The position numbers were made by a program, and so were the translations under genes. Below, one piece after another: positions 21,492 to 31,660 of a stretch of DNA of 64,000 bases. The notes beneath the pieces were generated by a model that ran no database searches, was not told the origin of the DNA, and worked only from the letters and a program-made list of their open reading frames with translations. This stretch comes from an uncultured delta proteobacterium (GTDB lineage: Bacteria; Myxococcota_A; Polyangia; Haliangiales; Haliangiaceae): NCBI GenBank assembly GCA_963848295.1, contig CAWKDB010000002.1, positions 864,001 to 928,000 on the forward strand. The letters are read 5' to 3'. The first letter of the stretch is position 1. The number at the start of each line of letters is the position of its first letter.

Positions 21492-22484
21492 TTAATCGAG
21501 CAGCTCGCGTGCGACCAGCTCGAGCGACCTCGCGCGCGACGCGAGGTCGGGCACGAGGGTCGACAGCATCAGCTCGTCGGCGTGCATCTCGTGCGCGAGC
21601 GCGTCGAGTTGCTTGGCGACCTGCGCCGGCGCGCCGATCACCGCGCCCATGAAGAAGTCGTCGGCGATCGCTTGCTCGTCGGCAGAGAATTCGTACGCGA
21701 GCGCTTCGTCGATCGATGCGATCGGCGCGCGCCGGCCGGTGCGGTTCTTGACGACCGCGACGCGAATCGGCGCCGAGATCCGTTGCGCGAGCTCGTCGCT
21801 GTCGGCGCAAACGCAGGTCACCGCGAGCATCGCGTACGGCGTCGGATGCTGCGGCGACGGCTCGTAGGTCCGCTTGTAGTGCTCGATCGCGTCGAAGGCG
21901 TGGCGCATCGCGAAGTGACCGGCGAACGCGTACGGCACCCCGAGCTGCGCCGCGATCGAGGCACCGGCGAGCGTCGAGCCGAGCATCCACAGCGAGCCCG
22001 CGGCCATATCCGACGGCATCGGCTCGATCTTCGAGAACGGATGCGACGGCGGAAACTCGCCGCGCTCGAACGCGAACAGCTCGGCGAGCACGCGGTTGAC
22101 CTCGGGGTCATCACTGCGCCGCAACGCTGCCGCGGTCACCGGATCGGTGCCCGGTGCACGCCCGAGCCCGAGGTCGATGCGCCCGGGTGCGAGCGCCTCG
22201 AGGGTGCGAAACACCTCGACCACATGCAGCGGCGCGTGATTCGGCACCATGATGCCGCCGGCGCCGAGCTTGATCCGCTTCGTCACCGCGGTGCAGTGCG
22301 CGATCAGCACCTCGGGCGCCGACGTCGCGATGCTCGCCATGTTGTGGTGCTCGGCGAACCAGTAGCGCGTGTAGCCGAGACCGTCGGCGATTCGCGCGAG
22401 CGCGACCGAATCGCGGATCGCCTGGCTAGGCGTGACGCCGGCGCCGACCGGCGACAGGTCGAGGACGGACAGCGGCAGCTTCAT
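21492..22484 (-). CDS. LLM class (luciferase-like) flavin-dependent oxidoreductase
   Basis: LSVLDL, RYWFAEHHN, PGRIDLGLGRAPGTD. Confidence 0.92.
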   Translation of the reverse strand: MKLPLSVLDLSPVGAGVTPSQAIRDSVALARIADGLGYTRYWFAEHHNMASIATSAPEVLIAHCTAVTKRIKLGAGGIMVPNHAPLHVVEVFRTLEALAPGRIDLGLGRAPGTDPVTAAALRRSDDPEVNRVLAELFAFERGEFPPSHPFSKIEPMPSDMAAGSLWMLGSTLAGASIAAQLGVPYAFAGHFAMRHAFDAIEHYKRTYEPSPQHPTPYAMLAVTCVCADSDELAQRISAPIRVAVVKNRTGRRAPIASIDEALAYEFSADEQAIADDFFMGAVIGAPAQVAKQLDALAHEMHADELMLSTLVPDLASRARSLELVARELLD

Positions 22485-22502
22485 GCCGCCACGTGTACCG
22501 CG

Positions 22503-23441
22503 TTATTCGGCTTTGACGAACGACGTGATCTTCCAGTCGGCGCCACGCGGCTCGAGCACGAGCTGGAACGCGCCCGACACAGGGTCGCCGGGCGGGCACG
22601 CGACCCGCTTGGCGTCGCCCGCGCACGCGGTGGTGAGCGCGGCATCCATCGCGTCGAACGTCGAGGGATCGGCCTGCCACATCGCCATCGCGGCATCGGC
22701 GCTCGGACCATCGCCGAGGCTCCACAGCACGTCGTCGGCGAGCATCGGGCGCAACGCCGCGTAGTCGCGTTTGGTCAGCGTGTCCTTGACGATCGCGAGT
22801 CGCTTGGCGGCGGCGTCGGGCACGGCTTTGAACATCGCCGGGTCGGTGTGCACGACCTCTTCGACTTCAACTTTGTTTTCCTTCATCGGAATCGCCCACT
22901 GCTTGATCTTCTTGTAGATCGCGACCTGGAGCGATTCGGTGCGCGGCACGAGCCAGCTCGGCCGCGCGATGCCGTGCAGCTCGCTCGGCAGCGCGGCGCC
23001 CGGCTCCCACTCCGACGCGTGGCCGATCACCTTGACGCGCCACGGCCGACCGCCGAGCACGCTGACGTCGAACCGGATGAAGTAGCGCTTCGTGACGAGC
23101 GTCGTCGGCGTGCCGCCACCGCCGGCGGGCGAGCCCATGCCGGGCGTCTGGCCCATGCCGTTCATGCCGGGCTGACCGACCGCCTGCGGGTTCGCGAGAT
23201 CATCTTGGTTGCCGGCGTAGACGACTTGGTGCCAGCTCGTCTGGATCTGACCCTTGCTCGGGTTCTCGTCGAGGTTCGGGTAGAGATCGCGCGTCGCCTT
23301 GAGCGCGGCCGCATAGACGATCGCGAAGTCGGTGTCGTACAGCGAGTGCTTCGCGTGCTCGACGTCCTTCTTGTTCGTACAGCCCGTCGCACACGCGAGC
23401 GTGCACAGGGCCGAGATCATCGCAACGGTTCGCACCGACAT
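22503..23441 (-). CDS. Hypothetical lipoprotein
   Basis: ATGC lipobox; coherent non-repetitive sequence. Confidence 0.7.
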   Translation of the reverse strand: MSVRTVAMISALCTLACATGCTNKKDVEHAKHSLYDTDFAIVYAAALKATRDLYPNLDENPSKGQIQTSWHQVVYAGNQDDLANPQAVGQPGMNGMGQTPGMGSPAGGGGTPTTLVTKRYFIRFDVSVLGGRPWRVKVIGHASEWEPGAALPSELHGIARPSWLVPRTESLQVAIYKKIKQWAIPMKENKVEVEEVVHTDPAMFKAVPDAAAKRLAIVKDTLTKRDYAALRPMLADDVLWSLGDGPSADAAMAMWQADPSTFDAMDAALTTACAGDAKRVACPPGDPVSGAFQLVLEPRGADWKITSFVKAE

Positions 23442-23484
23442 CGCTTTGCGCCCGGGGGAATAGCACATGGTAGGGTCGCCAGCG

Positions 23485-24273
23485 ATGGGTGGTCACGCCG
23501 GCAAGGTGAAGCCTCCGCGGCGCAACTCTGTGGTCTCCGCGTCCCCCGAAAAGGTTGCCTCGATCAGCGCGCGCCTCGCCGAATTGTGGCCGGACGCACA
23601 CGTCGAGCTCGACCATCGCAACGCCTACGAGCTGCTGGTCGCGACGATCCTCGCCGCGCAGTCGAGCGACCGCCAGATCAACACGATCACGCCGGCGCTG
23701 TTCGCGAGATACCCCGACGCGGCCGCGCTCGCCGCCGCCGAGCCGGCCGAGCTCGAGCCCATGATCTTTTCGAGCGGATTCTACCGGATGAAGGCCAAGA
23801 GCCTGCTCGGCATGGCGCGCGCGGTGGTCGAGAGGTTCGGCGGCGAGATCCCGCGCACGATGGCACAGCTCGTCGAGCTGCCCGGGGTCGGACGCAAGAC
23901 CGCGAACGTCGTGCTCGGCAGCGCGTTCGGCGTCAACGAAGGCATCGTCGTCGATCTGCACGTCGCGAGGGTCGCGCCGCGCCTCGGGCTGACCGCCGAG
24001 ACCGATCCGGTCAAGATCGAGCGCGATCTGATGGCGGTGATCCCACGCGCCGACTGGTCGGTGTTCGCGCATCGCTTGATCTGGCACGGCCGACGCGTGT
24101 GCTTCCCGAGCGAGCCCGATTGCGAGCACTGCGGGCTCGCGCCGTTGTGTCCGAGCGCGTTCGCCGCGCCCGCGTCGCCGAACGCGAGCGCGCGCCTCGC
24201 GAAACCGAGATCGATCCCCAAGACCAAACCGAAGCCGAAGCCTTCGAAGGCCAAGCCGAAGCGGCGGTCATGA
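23485..24273 (+). CDS. nth: Endonuclease III
   Basis: LLVATILAAQ, LPGVGRKTANVVL, VDLHV, C-x6-C-x2-C-x5-C. Confidence 0.93.
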   Translation: MGGHAGKVKPPRRNSVVSASPEKVASISARLAELWPDAHVELDHRNAYELLVATILAAQSSDRQINTITPALFARYPDAAALAAAEPAELEPMIFSSGFYRMKAKSLLGMARAVVERFGGEIPRTMAQLVELPGVGRKTANVVLGSAFGVNEGIVVDLHVARVAPRLGLTAETDPVKIERDLMAVIPRADWSVFAHRLIWHGRRVCFPSEPDCEHCGLAPLCPSAFAAPASPNASARLAKPRSIPKTKPKPKPSKAKPKRRS

Positions 24274-24665
24274 TCCGCGCGGTCAGCGCCGCGATCTTCG
24301 ACGCGGCCGGGCGGGTGTTGCTCGTCGAGCGCGGCCGACCGCCCGGCGCCGGGTCGTGGTCGCTGCCCGGCGGCAAGTGCGAGCCCGGCGAGGCCTTGCC
24401 AGCTGCGATCGCGCGCGAGGTGCGCGAGGAGACCGGCCTCGTGATCGAGCCCGGCGCGATGCTCGAAGTACGCGAGGTCGCGGCCGGCGACGTGCGCTAC
24501 GCGATCCACGTGTTCACCGCCCGCGCGATCGCGGGCGCGCTCGCCGCCGGCTCCGACGTGCGCGCCGCTCGGTTCGTCACCGACGACGAGCTCGCGGCCT
24601 TGCCGACCACCGACGGGCTCGCCGGCGTCGTCACTCGCGCCCGCGCCGCGGGTGGTGCTACATAG
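24270..24665 (+). CDS. NUDIX hydrolase
   Basis: WSLPGGKCEPGE..AIAREVREETGL; ATGA overlap with nth. Confidence 0.88.
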   Translation: MIRAVSAAIFDAAGRVLLVERGRPPGAGSWSLPGGKCEPGEALPAAIAREVREETGLVIEPGAMLEVREVAAGDVRYAIHVFTARAIAGALAAGSDVRAARFVTDDELAALPTTDGLAGVVTRARAAGGAT

Positions 24666-24670
24666 CCGCG

Positions 24671-25871
24671 GTGGTGACCTCGCTGCCGCTCGCTCCGACC
24701 GCCGTCCGCAGGGCAGACGTGCCGGACGTGCAGTGGCGCGATTGGCGCTGGCAGCTCGGTCATATGCTGACGACCGCGGACGACCTCGCGCGCGTCATCG
24801 ACCTCGCGCCGGCGGAGCGCGCCGGGCTCGCCGCTTCGGCGCGGCTGTTTCGCACCGGCACGACGCCGTACTACGCGAGCCTCATGGATCCGGTGAACCC
24901 GAGCTGCCCGATCCGGATGCAGGCGATCCCGAACGTCGCCGAGGCGGCGATCCGCGACGAGGAGCTGCGCGATCCGCTCGGCGAGGACAGCCACAACCCG
25001 GCGCCGTCGGTCGTCCACAAGTATCCCGATCGCGTGCTGTTCCTCGTCGTCGATCGCTGCGGCATCTATTGTCGCCATTGCAATCGCCGCCGGCTCGTCG
25101 GCGGTGACGACCCACCGACCACCGCCGAGCTCGAAGCCGGGCTCGACTACATCGCGCGGACGCCGCGGATCCGCGACGTGCTGCTGTCCGGCGGCGATCC
25201 GCTGTTGCTGTCGACGCGCCGGCTCGATTATCTGCTCGGCCGGCTACGCGCGATCCGCCACGTCGAGACGATCCGGATCGGCACCCGGCTGCCGGTGGTC
25301 TGCCCGATGCGGATCGATGACGAGCTGTGCTCGGCGCTGCGCAAGCATCACCCGCTGTTCATCAACACCCACTTCAATCACGCCAAGGAGCTGTCGCCGG
25401 AGGCGCGCGCCGGCTGCGAGCGCCTGGTCGATGCCGGCATCCCGGTCGGCAATCAGACGGTGCTGTTGCGCGGGGTGAACTCGTCGGTGCGGTCGCTGCG
25501 CGCCTTGATGCGAGCGCTGCTCCGCTCGCGGATCAAGCCGTACTACTTGTTCCAGGGCGACACGGTGATCGGCACCGATCACCTGCGCACGCCGGTCGAG
25601 ACCGCGATGGAGCTGTACCAGGGTCTGCGCGGCTACATGAACGGCATGGCCGTGCCGATGCTCGTGCTCGACGCGCCGGGCGGCGGCGGCAAGGTGCCGA
25701 TCGTGCCGAGCTATATCGACGATCTCGACGAGTCGCGCGTGCTGGTCCGGACCTACCGCGGCGAGCAGATCGAGTATCCGCAGCCGAAGCGAGCGCGACT
25801 GCGCGGTCGCGTACGACGACGTCTACTTCGCCGGCGAGCCAATGGACGATGACCGCGAAGGCTCGCGATGA
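24671..25871 (+). CDS. kamA: KamA-family radical SAM aminomutase; apparent +1 frameshift near 25787
   Basis: HKYPDRVL, CGIYCRHCNR, SGGDP, DAPGGGGKVP; the alternate frame continues ERDCAVAYDDVYF to TGA at 25871 (the uncorrected ORF stops at 25852). Confidence 0.85.
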
Positions 25872-25872
25872 C

Positions 25873-25918
25873 GATCGTATACGTGCACGTGTCACGTGTC
25901 ACGTGCACGTCCACGATC
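25873..25918. repeat. Intergenic CACGT-rich palindromic element, copy 2
   Basis: gatcgtatacgtgcacgtg-tcacgtgt-cacgtgcacgtccacgatc; 19-bp arms with 2 mismatches. Confidence 0.7.
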
Positions 25919-25947
25919 CGAAGCTCACGCGCGTTCCGGATTTGACG

Positions 25948-27093
25948 GTGGACGTCATCGCGATCGCCCGCGAGCTCGGCTTTCACCGCGCCGCGATCGT
26001 CCCGATCGAGCCGCCGCGCCGGATCGAGCTGTACGCGAGCTGGCTCGCCGCTGGCCATCACGGCGACATGGCGTATCTCGCCGAGCCCGCGCACGTCGGT
26101 CCGCGCGGAGACCTGCGCGCGCTGCTGGACTCGGCGCAAGCCCTGATCGTCGTCGCGCTCGCCTACGATCGCGTCGATCCAATCGGGCCAGACGCGCCGA
26201 TCGCGCTGCGCGGCAAGATCGCGCGCTATGCCCGCGGCGACGACTATCACCTCGTGATGCGCGATCGCCTGGTCGCGCTCGCCGATCGGATCGCACGCGA
26301 GCTCGGCCGTCCGGTCGCGAGCCGGCCGTGCGTCGACTCCGCGCCCGTGCTCGAGCGCGCGTGGGCCGAACGCGGGGCCTTGGGCTTCGTCGCGAAGAAC
26401 ACGATGGTGATCGCGCCCGGGCTCGGCAGCTACATCGTGCTCGGCGAATTGCTCGTCGACGTCGAGCTGCCCGCGACCGCGCCGCTCGAACCGGCGAAGC
26501 CGCGGTGCGGTAGCTGTCGCGCGTGTCTCGATGCGTGCCCGACGCGCGCGTTCGTCGACGCCTACGTGCTCGACGCGCGGCGTTGCATCTCGTACCTCAC
26601 GATCGAGCACTACGGCGTCATCCCGCTCGAGCTGCGCGCCGCGATCGGCACGTGGATCTTCGGCTGCGATATCTGCCAGGAGGTCTGCCCGTTCAACGCC
26701 GGCGCCGGCGAGCCCGCCGATGCCGCGCTGCGCCCGCGGTCGCGCGAGCACGCCCTGCCCGATCTCGTCGCGCTCGCCGCGACCAACACGAACCAGCTGC
26801 GTCGGTTCGTCAAGCGCAGCGCCCTGCGCCGCGTGCCGCGCCCGGTGCTGTTGCGCAACGTCGCCGTCGCACTCGGCAACACCGGCGACCGCGCCGCGAT
26901 TCCGGCGCTGACCGGCCTCTTGCGCCACGCGTCCCCGCTGGTGCGACGACATGCCGCGTGGGCCCTGGGCCGGCTCGGCGCGCGCGCGGAGCTCGCGGAC
27001 CACGCCGACGACGACCCCGAGGTCGCGAGCGAGGTCGCCGCGGCGATCAGCCACTTGTCAGGGCCGGCCGGCGGTGGCATGGGTGAGCAGTGA
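25948..27093 (+). CDS. queG: Epoxyqueuosine reductase
   Basis: ARYARGDDYH, VDSAPVLER, CGSCRACLDACPT, RCISYLTIE, GCDICQEVCPFN; start approximate. Confidence 0.93.
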   Translation: MDVIAIARELGFHRAAIVPIEPPRRIELYASWLAAGHHGDMAYLAEPAHVGPRGDLRALLDSAQALIVVALAYDRVDPIGPDAPIALRGKIARYARGDDYHLVMRDRLVALADRIARELGRPVASRPCVDSAPVLERAWAERGALGFVAKNTMVIAPGLGSYIVLGELLVDVELPATAPLEPAKPRCGSCRACLDACPTRAFVDAYVLDARRCISYLTIEHYGVIPLELRAAIGTWIFGCDICQEVCPFNAGAGEPADAALRPRSREHALPDLVALAATNTNQLRRFVKRSALRRVPRPVLLRNVAVALGNTGDRAAIPALTGLLRHASPLVRRHAAWALGRLGARAELADHADDDPEVASEVAAAISHLSGPAGGGMGEQ

Positions 27094-27422
27094 TCCGGCT
27101 CGCGCTCGCTTTGCTGTGCGTCGCTGCCCTGGGCTGTAACCCGGCCGGCAACTCGACCGATGGACCGCAGGTGTTCGCGAACATCTGCGCGACTTGTCAC
27201 GGCCCGACCGGCAAGCCGAACGAGGTGATGATCGCGAAGCTCGGGGTCCACGACCTCACCGCGCCGGAGTTTCGCAAGCGCGTCACGCCGGAGCTCGTCG
27301 AGCACCAGATCCGCACCGGCTCGGCGAACAAGGCGATGCCCGCGCTCGGCGGCGCGCTGACCGACGCGCAGATCACCGCGGTCGCCGCGTTCGTCGCGAG
27401 CGAATCCTTCGTGAAGCACTAG
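27090..27422 (+). CDS. Class I cytochrome c lipoprotein
   Basis: ALGC lipobox, CATCH haem motif, distal AMP. Confidence 0.88.
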   Translation: MIRLALALLCVAALGCNPAGNSTDGPQVFANICATCHGPTGKPNEVMIAKLGVHDLTAPEFRKRVTPELVEHQIRTGSANKAMPALGGALTDAQITAVAAFVASESFVKH

Positions 27423-27478
27423 GACTGAACGAGGCGACGACGGGATCGGATTTGCCCCACGTGCTAGGCTTGCACCCC

Positions 27479-28351
27479 ATGAGATGGGTTCTTTGCACCG
27501 TCGCGCTGGCCGCATGTGGCGGGACTCAAGTCCCTACGCATAACGGCTACCGGAGCGACAAAGCCAAGCCGTGGAAGAGGGCCAAAGACCTCAAGTTCGA
27601 CGACAAGCAAGAAGCCAAAGTCGAAGGCGACCTGTCGTATCCCGATATGAGGCGCGCAGCGTGGTTCGCGGCCAATCTCTCGAGCAACTCGCAGCTCGAC
27701 CTCCGCGTCGAGATCACTCCGCCCGGCGATGCCACGAACGATGACTTCGATCTCGGGGTCGAGGTCTACGATCCGGAGTTGCGCGTGATCTCGCGCTCTG
27801 ATCTCGATGAAGGCAATGACGCGCACGAGCTCAACAAGACCAAGACGCTCGTCGATCTCGTCCCCGGCCGCTATCTGATCCATCTCTACCTGCAGGGTCG
27901 GCTCGATACCGCCGACTACGTGCTGCACGCCGCGTACAAGACCACCCCTGCGGCCGCCACGAAGAGTGACTTTCCGGCGCAAGTGCCGTTCCCCGAGCCG
28001 CTCGCGATGGTGCCGATCACCGACGACACCCCGAAGAACTACCGGCCGCAGGTCGTGGTCGTCACCCATCCCGGCCGACACCACGTGAAGGTGACGCCGA
28101 AGGTCGAGCCCCCACCCCCGCCGCAGCAAAAGCTCGCCCGGATCACCGGCATTCAAGTCACCGGCGCCGGAGTGCAGATCACGCTCGGCATCGGCACCGC
28201 GAGAGGTGGTGCGCCCGGCATGAAGGGCGTGGTTCGCGGCATCGGCAAGCCCTTTACGATCTCGTCGTGCACCGGCACGACGTGCACCGCGGTGGTCTCG
28301 GCCTCGCAAGCCGAGATGGCAAGCGCGAGCGTCGTCGAGCTTTCGCCGTAG
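27479..28351 (+). CDS. Hypothetical lipoprotein (paralogue of the next gene)
   Basis: LAAC lipobox; shares YP..., GRYLIHLY and ITLGIGT motifs with 28395-29456. Confidence 0.75.
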   Translation: MRWVLCTVALAACGGTQVPTHNGYRSDKAKPWKRAKDLKFDDKQEAKVEGDLSYPDMRRAAWFAANLSSNSQLDLRVEITPPGDATNDDFDLGVEVYDPELRVISRSDLDEGNDAHELNKTKTLVDLVPGRYLIHLYLQGRLDTADYVLHAAYKTTPAAATKSDFPAQVPFPEPLAMVPITDDTPKNYRPQVVVVTHPGRHHVKVTPKVEPPPPPQQKLARITGIQVTGAGVQITLGIGTARGGAPGMKGVVRGIGKPFTISSCTGTTCTAVVSASQAEMASASVVELSP

Positions 28352-28358
28352 CCGGACC

Positions 28359-28387
28359 TTGAACGCTTGAAGCCCGGGCGGTAACAT
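28359..28387 (+). promoter_or_regulatory. Putative leaderless sigma70 promoter
   Basis: TTGAAC-N17-TAACAT, 7 nt before ATG 28395. Confidence 0.6.
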
Positions 28388-28394
28388 CACAGTT

Positions 28395-29456
28395 ATGCTC
28401 GGGAAATCGGCAGGGGCGCCGATCACAGCCTTGGCGCTAATCGCCGCGCTGTCGTGTGCCCATAACGTCGCTCAAGACTCTCGTTCCGGAGAGGACGGCA
28501 AGATCAAGGGCGCAAGAGCGATCCAGATGGATCAAGGCGAAGGCATCGCCAAGGGCGTCGTCACCTATCCGGGCGGCGATCGCGTCGACTGGAAGTCGGT
28601 GGAGCTGCCGGCCGACAAGCGCGGCGATCTGGAGATCAACCTCAAGTGGACACCGCCGCGCCCGGGGTTGCAGCTCGCGTTCGACGTGTTCGACCAATGG
28701 AACACACCGGTCGCCGAGTCGAAGAGGGTCGGCAAGAGGAGCCACGCTCGCGCACGCGACGTCACCTTGAACGACGCCCACGGCAAGTACTTCATCCGCG
28801 TCTATGCGGTGGGACGCGGAGACGCCGGCACGTACAAGCTCACGGTCGACTTCAAGGAGGTCAGCGGGCCGATGACGGTCGATCTGACGACGGTCGACAT
28901 CCCGGATCCGCCGCGGCTCGCGGCCCTGCCCGAGGTCGAGTTGCCGTGCGATCTGGACAAGTTCGATAAGGCGAACCCGGCGTGCAAGTCGCAGTGTCCC
29001 GATCCGCCGATCAAGGGCTGGCCCGGCTGCAGGAACGTTTGCCCGACACCGCCAGACGCGAACAACCCGGCGTGCTGGGCCACGATGGACTGCCCGGTGG
29101 GCCAGCCGCGCAAAGAGATCCGCAAGTGCAAGCCGAAGGACTGGCCGCCATGCGATCGCAAGCAACCGGATATGGACAACCCGAACTGCTTGGCACCTGT
29201 CCCGCCGGTGATCGGTCGCATCGTCTCGGACTCGGTCCAGGGCAGCAACGTGATCATCACGATCGGTGCCGGCACCGCGCTCGGCGTCCAGCCGAACTGG
29301 AAAGGCGTCGTGTTGCAGGGCTCGAGCGGAACCACGCCGCTCCCCGGCGGCGAAGTCTCGATCATCCGCGTCGGCGAGAGGCAAACCGTCGGCTCGGTTC
29401 ACCTCACCGTCGATCAGATCAATGCCAACGGACGCGTGAGGCTGTCACAGCCGTGA
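28395..29456 (+). CDS. Hypothetical lipoprotein with Cys/Pro-rich insert
   Basis: ALSC lipobox; VTYPGGDRVDW, GKYFIRVY, repeated NPAC-like motifs. Confidence 0.78.
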   Translation: MLGKSAGAPITALALIAALSCAHNVAQDSRSGEDGKIKGARAIQMDQGEGIAKGVVTYPGGDRVDWKSVELPADKRGDLEINLKWTPPRPGLQLAFDVFDQWNTPVAESKRVGKRSHARARDVTLNDAHGKYFIRVYAVGRGDAGTYKLTVDFKEVSGPMTVDLTTVDIPDPPRLAALPEVELPCDLDKFDKANPACKSQCPDPPIKGWPGCRNVCPTPPDANNPACWATMDCPVGQPRKEIRKCKPKDWPPCDRKQPDMDNPNCLAPVPPVIGRIVSDSVQGSNVIITIGAGTALGVQPNWKGVVLQGSSGTTPLPGGEVSIIRVGERQTVGSVHLTVDQINANGRVRLSQP

Positions 29457-29463
29457 GGCGGTC

Positions 29464-30949
29464 GTGAACCAAGATCCGTTCACCGGCCGGGTGATCGACG
29501 GCCGCTACGAGATCCAGCAACGCATCGGCGAAGGCGGGATGGGCGTCGTCTACAAGGCGCGCCAGATCTCGATCGATCGCGTCCTCGCGATCAAGTTCCT
29601 GAATGCCGCAGATGGCGCAGGATCCGAACTGGGTCCAGCGGTTCTACAACGAGGCCAAGGCGTGCTCGCGACTGCAGCATCCGAACACGATCCGGATGTT
29701 CGACTTCGGCCAGACCCAGGACGGCAAGCTGTTCATGACGATGGAGTTCCTCGACGGAATCTCCCTTCGCCAGGCGTTGTCGACGGGCCCGCTCGCTCCG
29801 CAGCGCGTGATGAAGATCCTGATCCAGTGCTGCGCGTCGCTCGCCGAAGCCCATTCGATCGGCATCATTCACCGCGACATCAAGCCGGACAACGTGTTCT
29901 TGCTCAACATGGCCGGGTCGCCGGACTTCGTGAAGCTGCTCGACTTCTCGGTCGCGAAGCTGCTCGAAGGCGATCGGATGAAGACCCAAGCGGGCGTCGT
30001 GTTCGGCACGCCGCAGTACATGTCGCCCGAGCAGGGTCGCGGCGCGGTGCTCGACGCGCGCAGCGATCTCTACGCGCTCGGCGTGCTCGCGTTCGAGATG
30101 CTGACCGGCAACGTGCCGTACAACGACGAAAACCCGATGACGGTGATCCAGATGCACCTCCACGGTCAGGTGCCACCGATGCCGGACTCGGTGCCGTACT
30201 CGGTCCAGAACATCGTGCGGCGCGCGATGGAGAAGGACGCAGGCCGGCGCTTTCAGTCGGCCGGCGAGATGATGCAGCAGTGCCAGCAAGTGTTCGCAGA
30301 GCTCAACTCCGGCAACGTCGCGGTCGGCGCCGGCGGCGTACCGCGGACCGTGTTCGCGTCGAGCCCGCAGCAGATGCAGGGTCAGCCCGCGCCAGGTCCG
30401 CAACAACAGCAACCGCAGCAACCGCCGCCACAAGGCGGCTACGTGCAGTCGGCGCCGCAAGCCAAGACGATGATGGCGATGGCGAGCCCGTTCGCGCAGG
30501 GCGGGCCCGGCCCGCAGATGATGCAGCCGGGAATGCAGCCGTCCGGGCTACAGGGCGGCCCGCCGCAAGGCGCGATGCAGAAGACGATGATCGCCGGCAT
30601 GCAGCCGCCTCAGATGGGGGCCGGCGGGCCGATGATGCAACCCCCGCCCGGACCCGGCGGTTATCCGGTGATGCCCCCCGGCGGTTATCCGCAGCCACCG
30701 CCGCAAGGCTATCCGCCGCAGGGTTATCCGCCGCAAGGCTATCCGCCGCAAGGCGGCTCCGGTCCGAACAAGACCGTGCTGCTGCAGCCGACCGACGGCA
30801 TCGTGTCGGTCGCGCGGACCGGGCCGGCGATGCAGGGTCCAGGGCGGCAAGTCTCGCAGGGCGCGTCGGGGCTGTTCTGGTTCGTCTGCCTGTTCATGGG
30901 CGTCGCGGTCGGCGTCCTCGCCTACGTCATCGTGCTCCAGCTGTCATGA
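29464..30949 (+). CDS. Ser/Thr protein kinase with Pro/Gln-rich linker and C-terminal TM; apparent +1 frameshift near 29605
   Basis: GEGGMGVVY..AIK in one frame; [20 protein letters not shown] in the next frame. Confidence 0.88.
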
Positions 30950-31626
30950 CCGACGACGATCAACCACCGAAGGATCCGGATCCGAAGGTCAAGGATCTGC
31001 TGTCCGCGTCCGACGTCGCGGATCTCCAGCGCTGGTTCGGCCTGCCTTCGTTCGAGCAACTCGGCGACGCCGCGCCGACCGCGCCGCCGACCGCCGCGCA
31101 CGATCCGGAGATGGCGGCCTCGATCGTGCGCCGCGACGCCGCTCTCGCCGCGGTCGATCCGCGATTACTCGAGGAGCTCGCCGTGCGCGAGAGCTCGCTC
31201 GCGCTCCCGACGATGCGGTTCGTACCGAACATCGAGCTCGCGCTGCGCGAGGATACGCCGCTGATCGACCTCGTCCGCGCCGAGCGCGGGGTGTCGGTGC
31301 TCGAGCCGCGAGAGGTCGAGATTCCCGACCAGCTGATCGAGGACCTCGGCGAGCGCACGCCGCAAGCCCTGTTGCGCGATCTGCATCGACCGGAGCTCGA
31401 GTTCATGAAGGAGTTCGAGATCATCGATCCGATCGCCGAGCTTCGCGTCGACGCGAGCGCCGAGGTCAAGCTCGCGATCGCGACCCGCTACGACGAGGGC
31501 ATGACGACGGTGCGCGTCCCAGCCGAAGCGCGAGCGCTGTTCAACGCCGCGATCGCGCAGCACATGTTTCGGTGGACCGACGTGCTCCAGACCCCGCTCG
31601 CGAACCGCCGGGTGAGCGAATCGTGA
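30946..31626 (+). CDS. Hypothetical protein
   Basis: ATGA overlap with the kinase stop; MTDDDQPPKDPDPKVKDLL... Confidence 0.7.
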   Translation: MTDDDQPPKDPDPKVKDLLSASDVADLQRWFGLPSFEQLGDAAPTAPPTAAHDPEMAASIVRRDAALAAVDPRLLEELAVRESSLALPTMRFVPNIELALREDTPLIDLVRAERGVSVLEPREVEIPDQLIEDLGERTPQALLRDLHRPELEFMKEFEIIDPIAELRVDASAEVKLAIATRYDEGMTTVRVPAEARALFNAAIAQHMFRWTDVLQTPLANRRVSES

Positions 31627-31660
31627 GGAAGCTCGGCATGAATTCGCGCGTAGATCCGTC

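Noticed and set aside
21582..24665. 1027 aa plus-strand ORF ending in a NUDIX domain
   Set aside because: Shadow ORF from high GC overlapping real genes; only 24270-24665 is credible
29464..31626. 720 aa ORF joining a kinase N-terminus to an unknown domain
   Set aside because: It results from the frameshift near 29605; two separate genes explain it better
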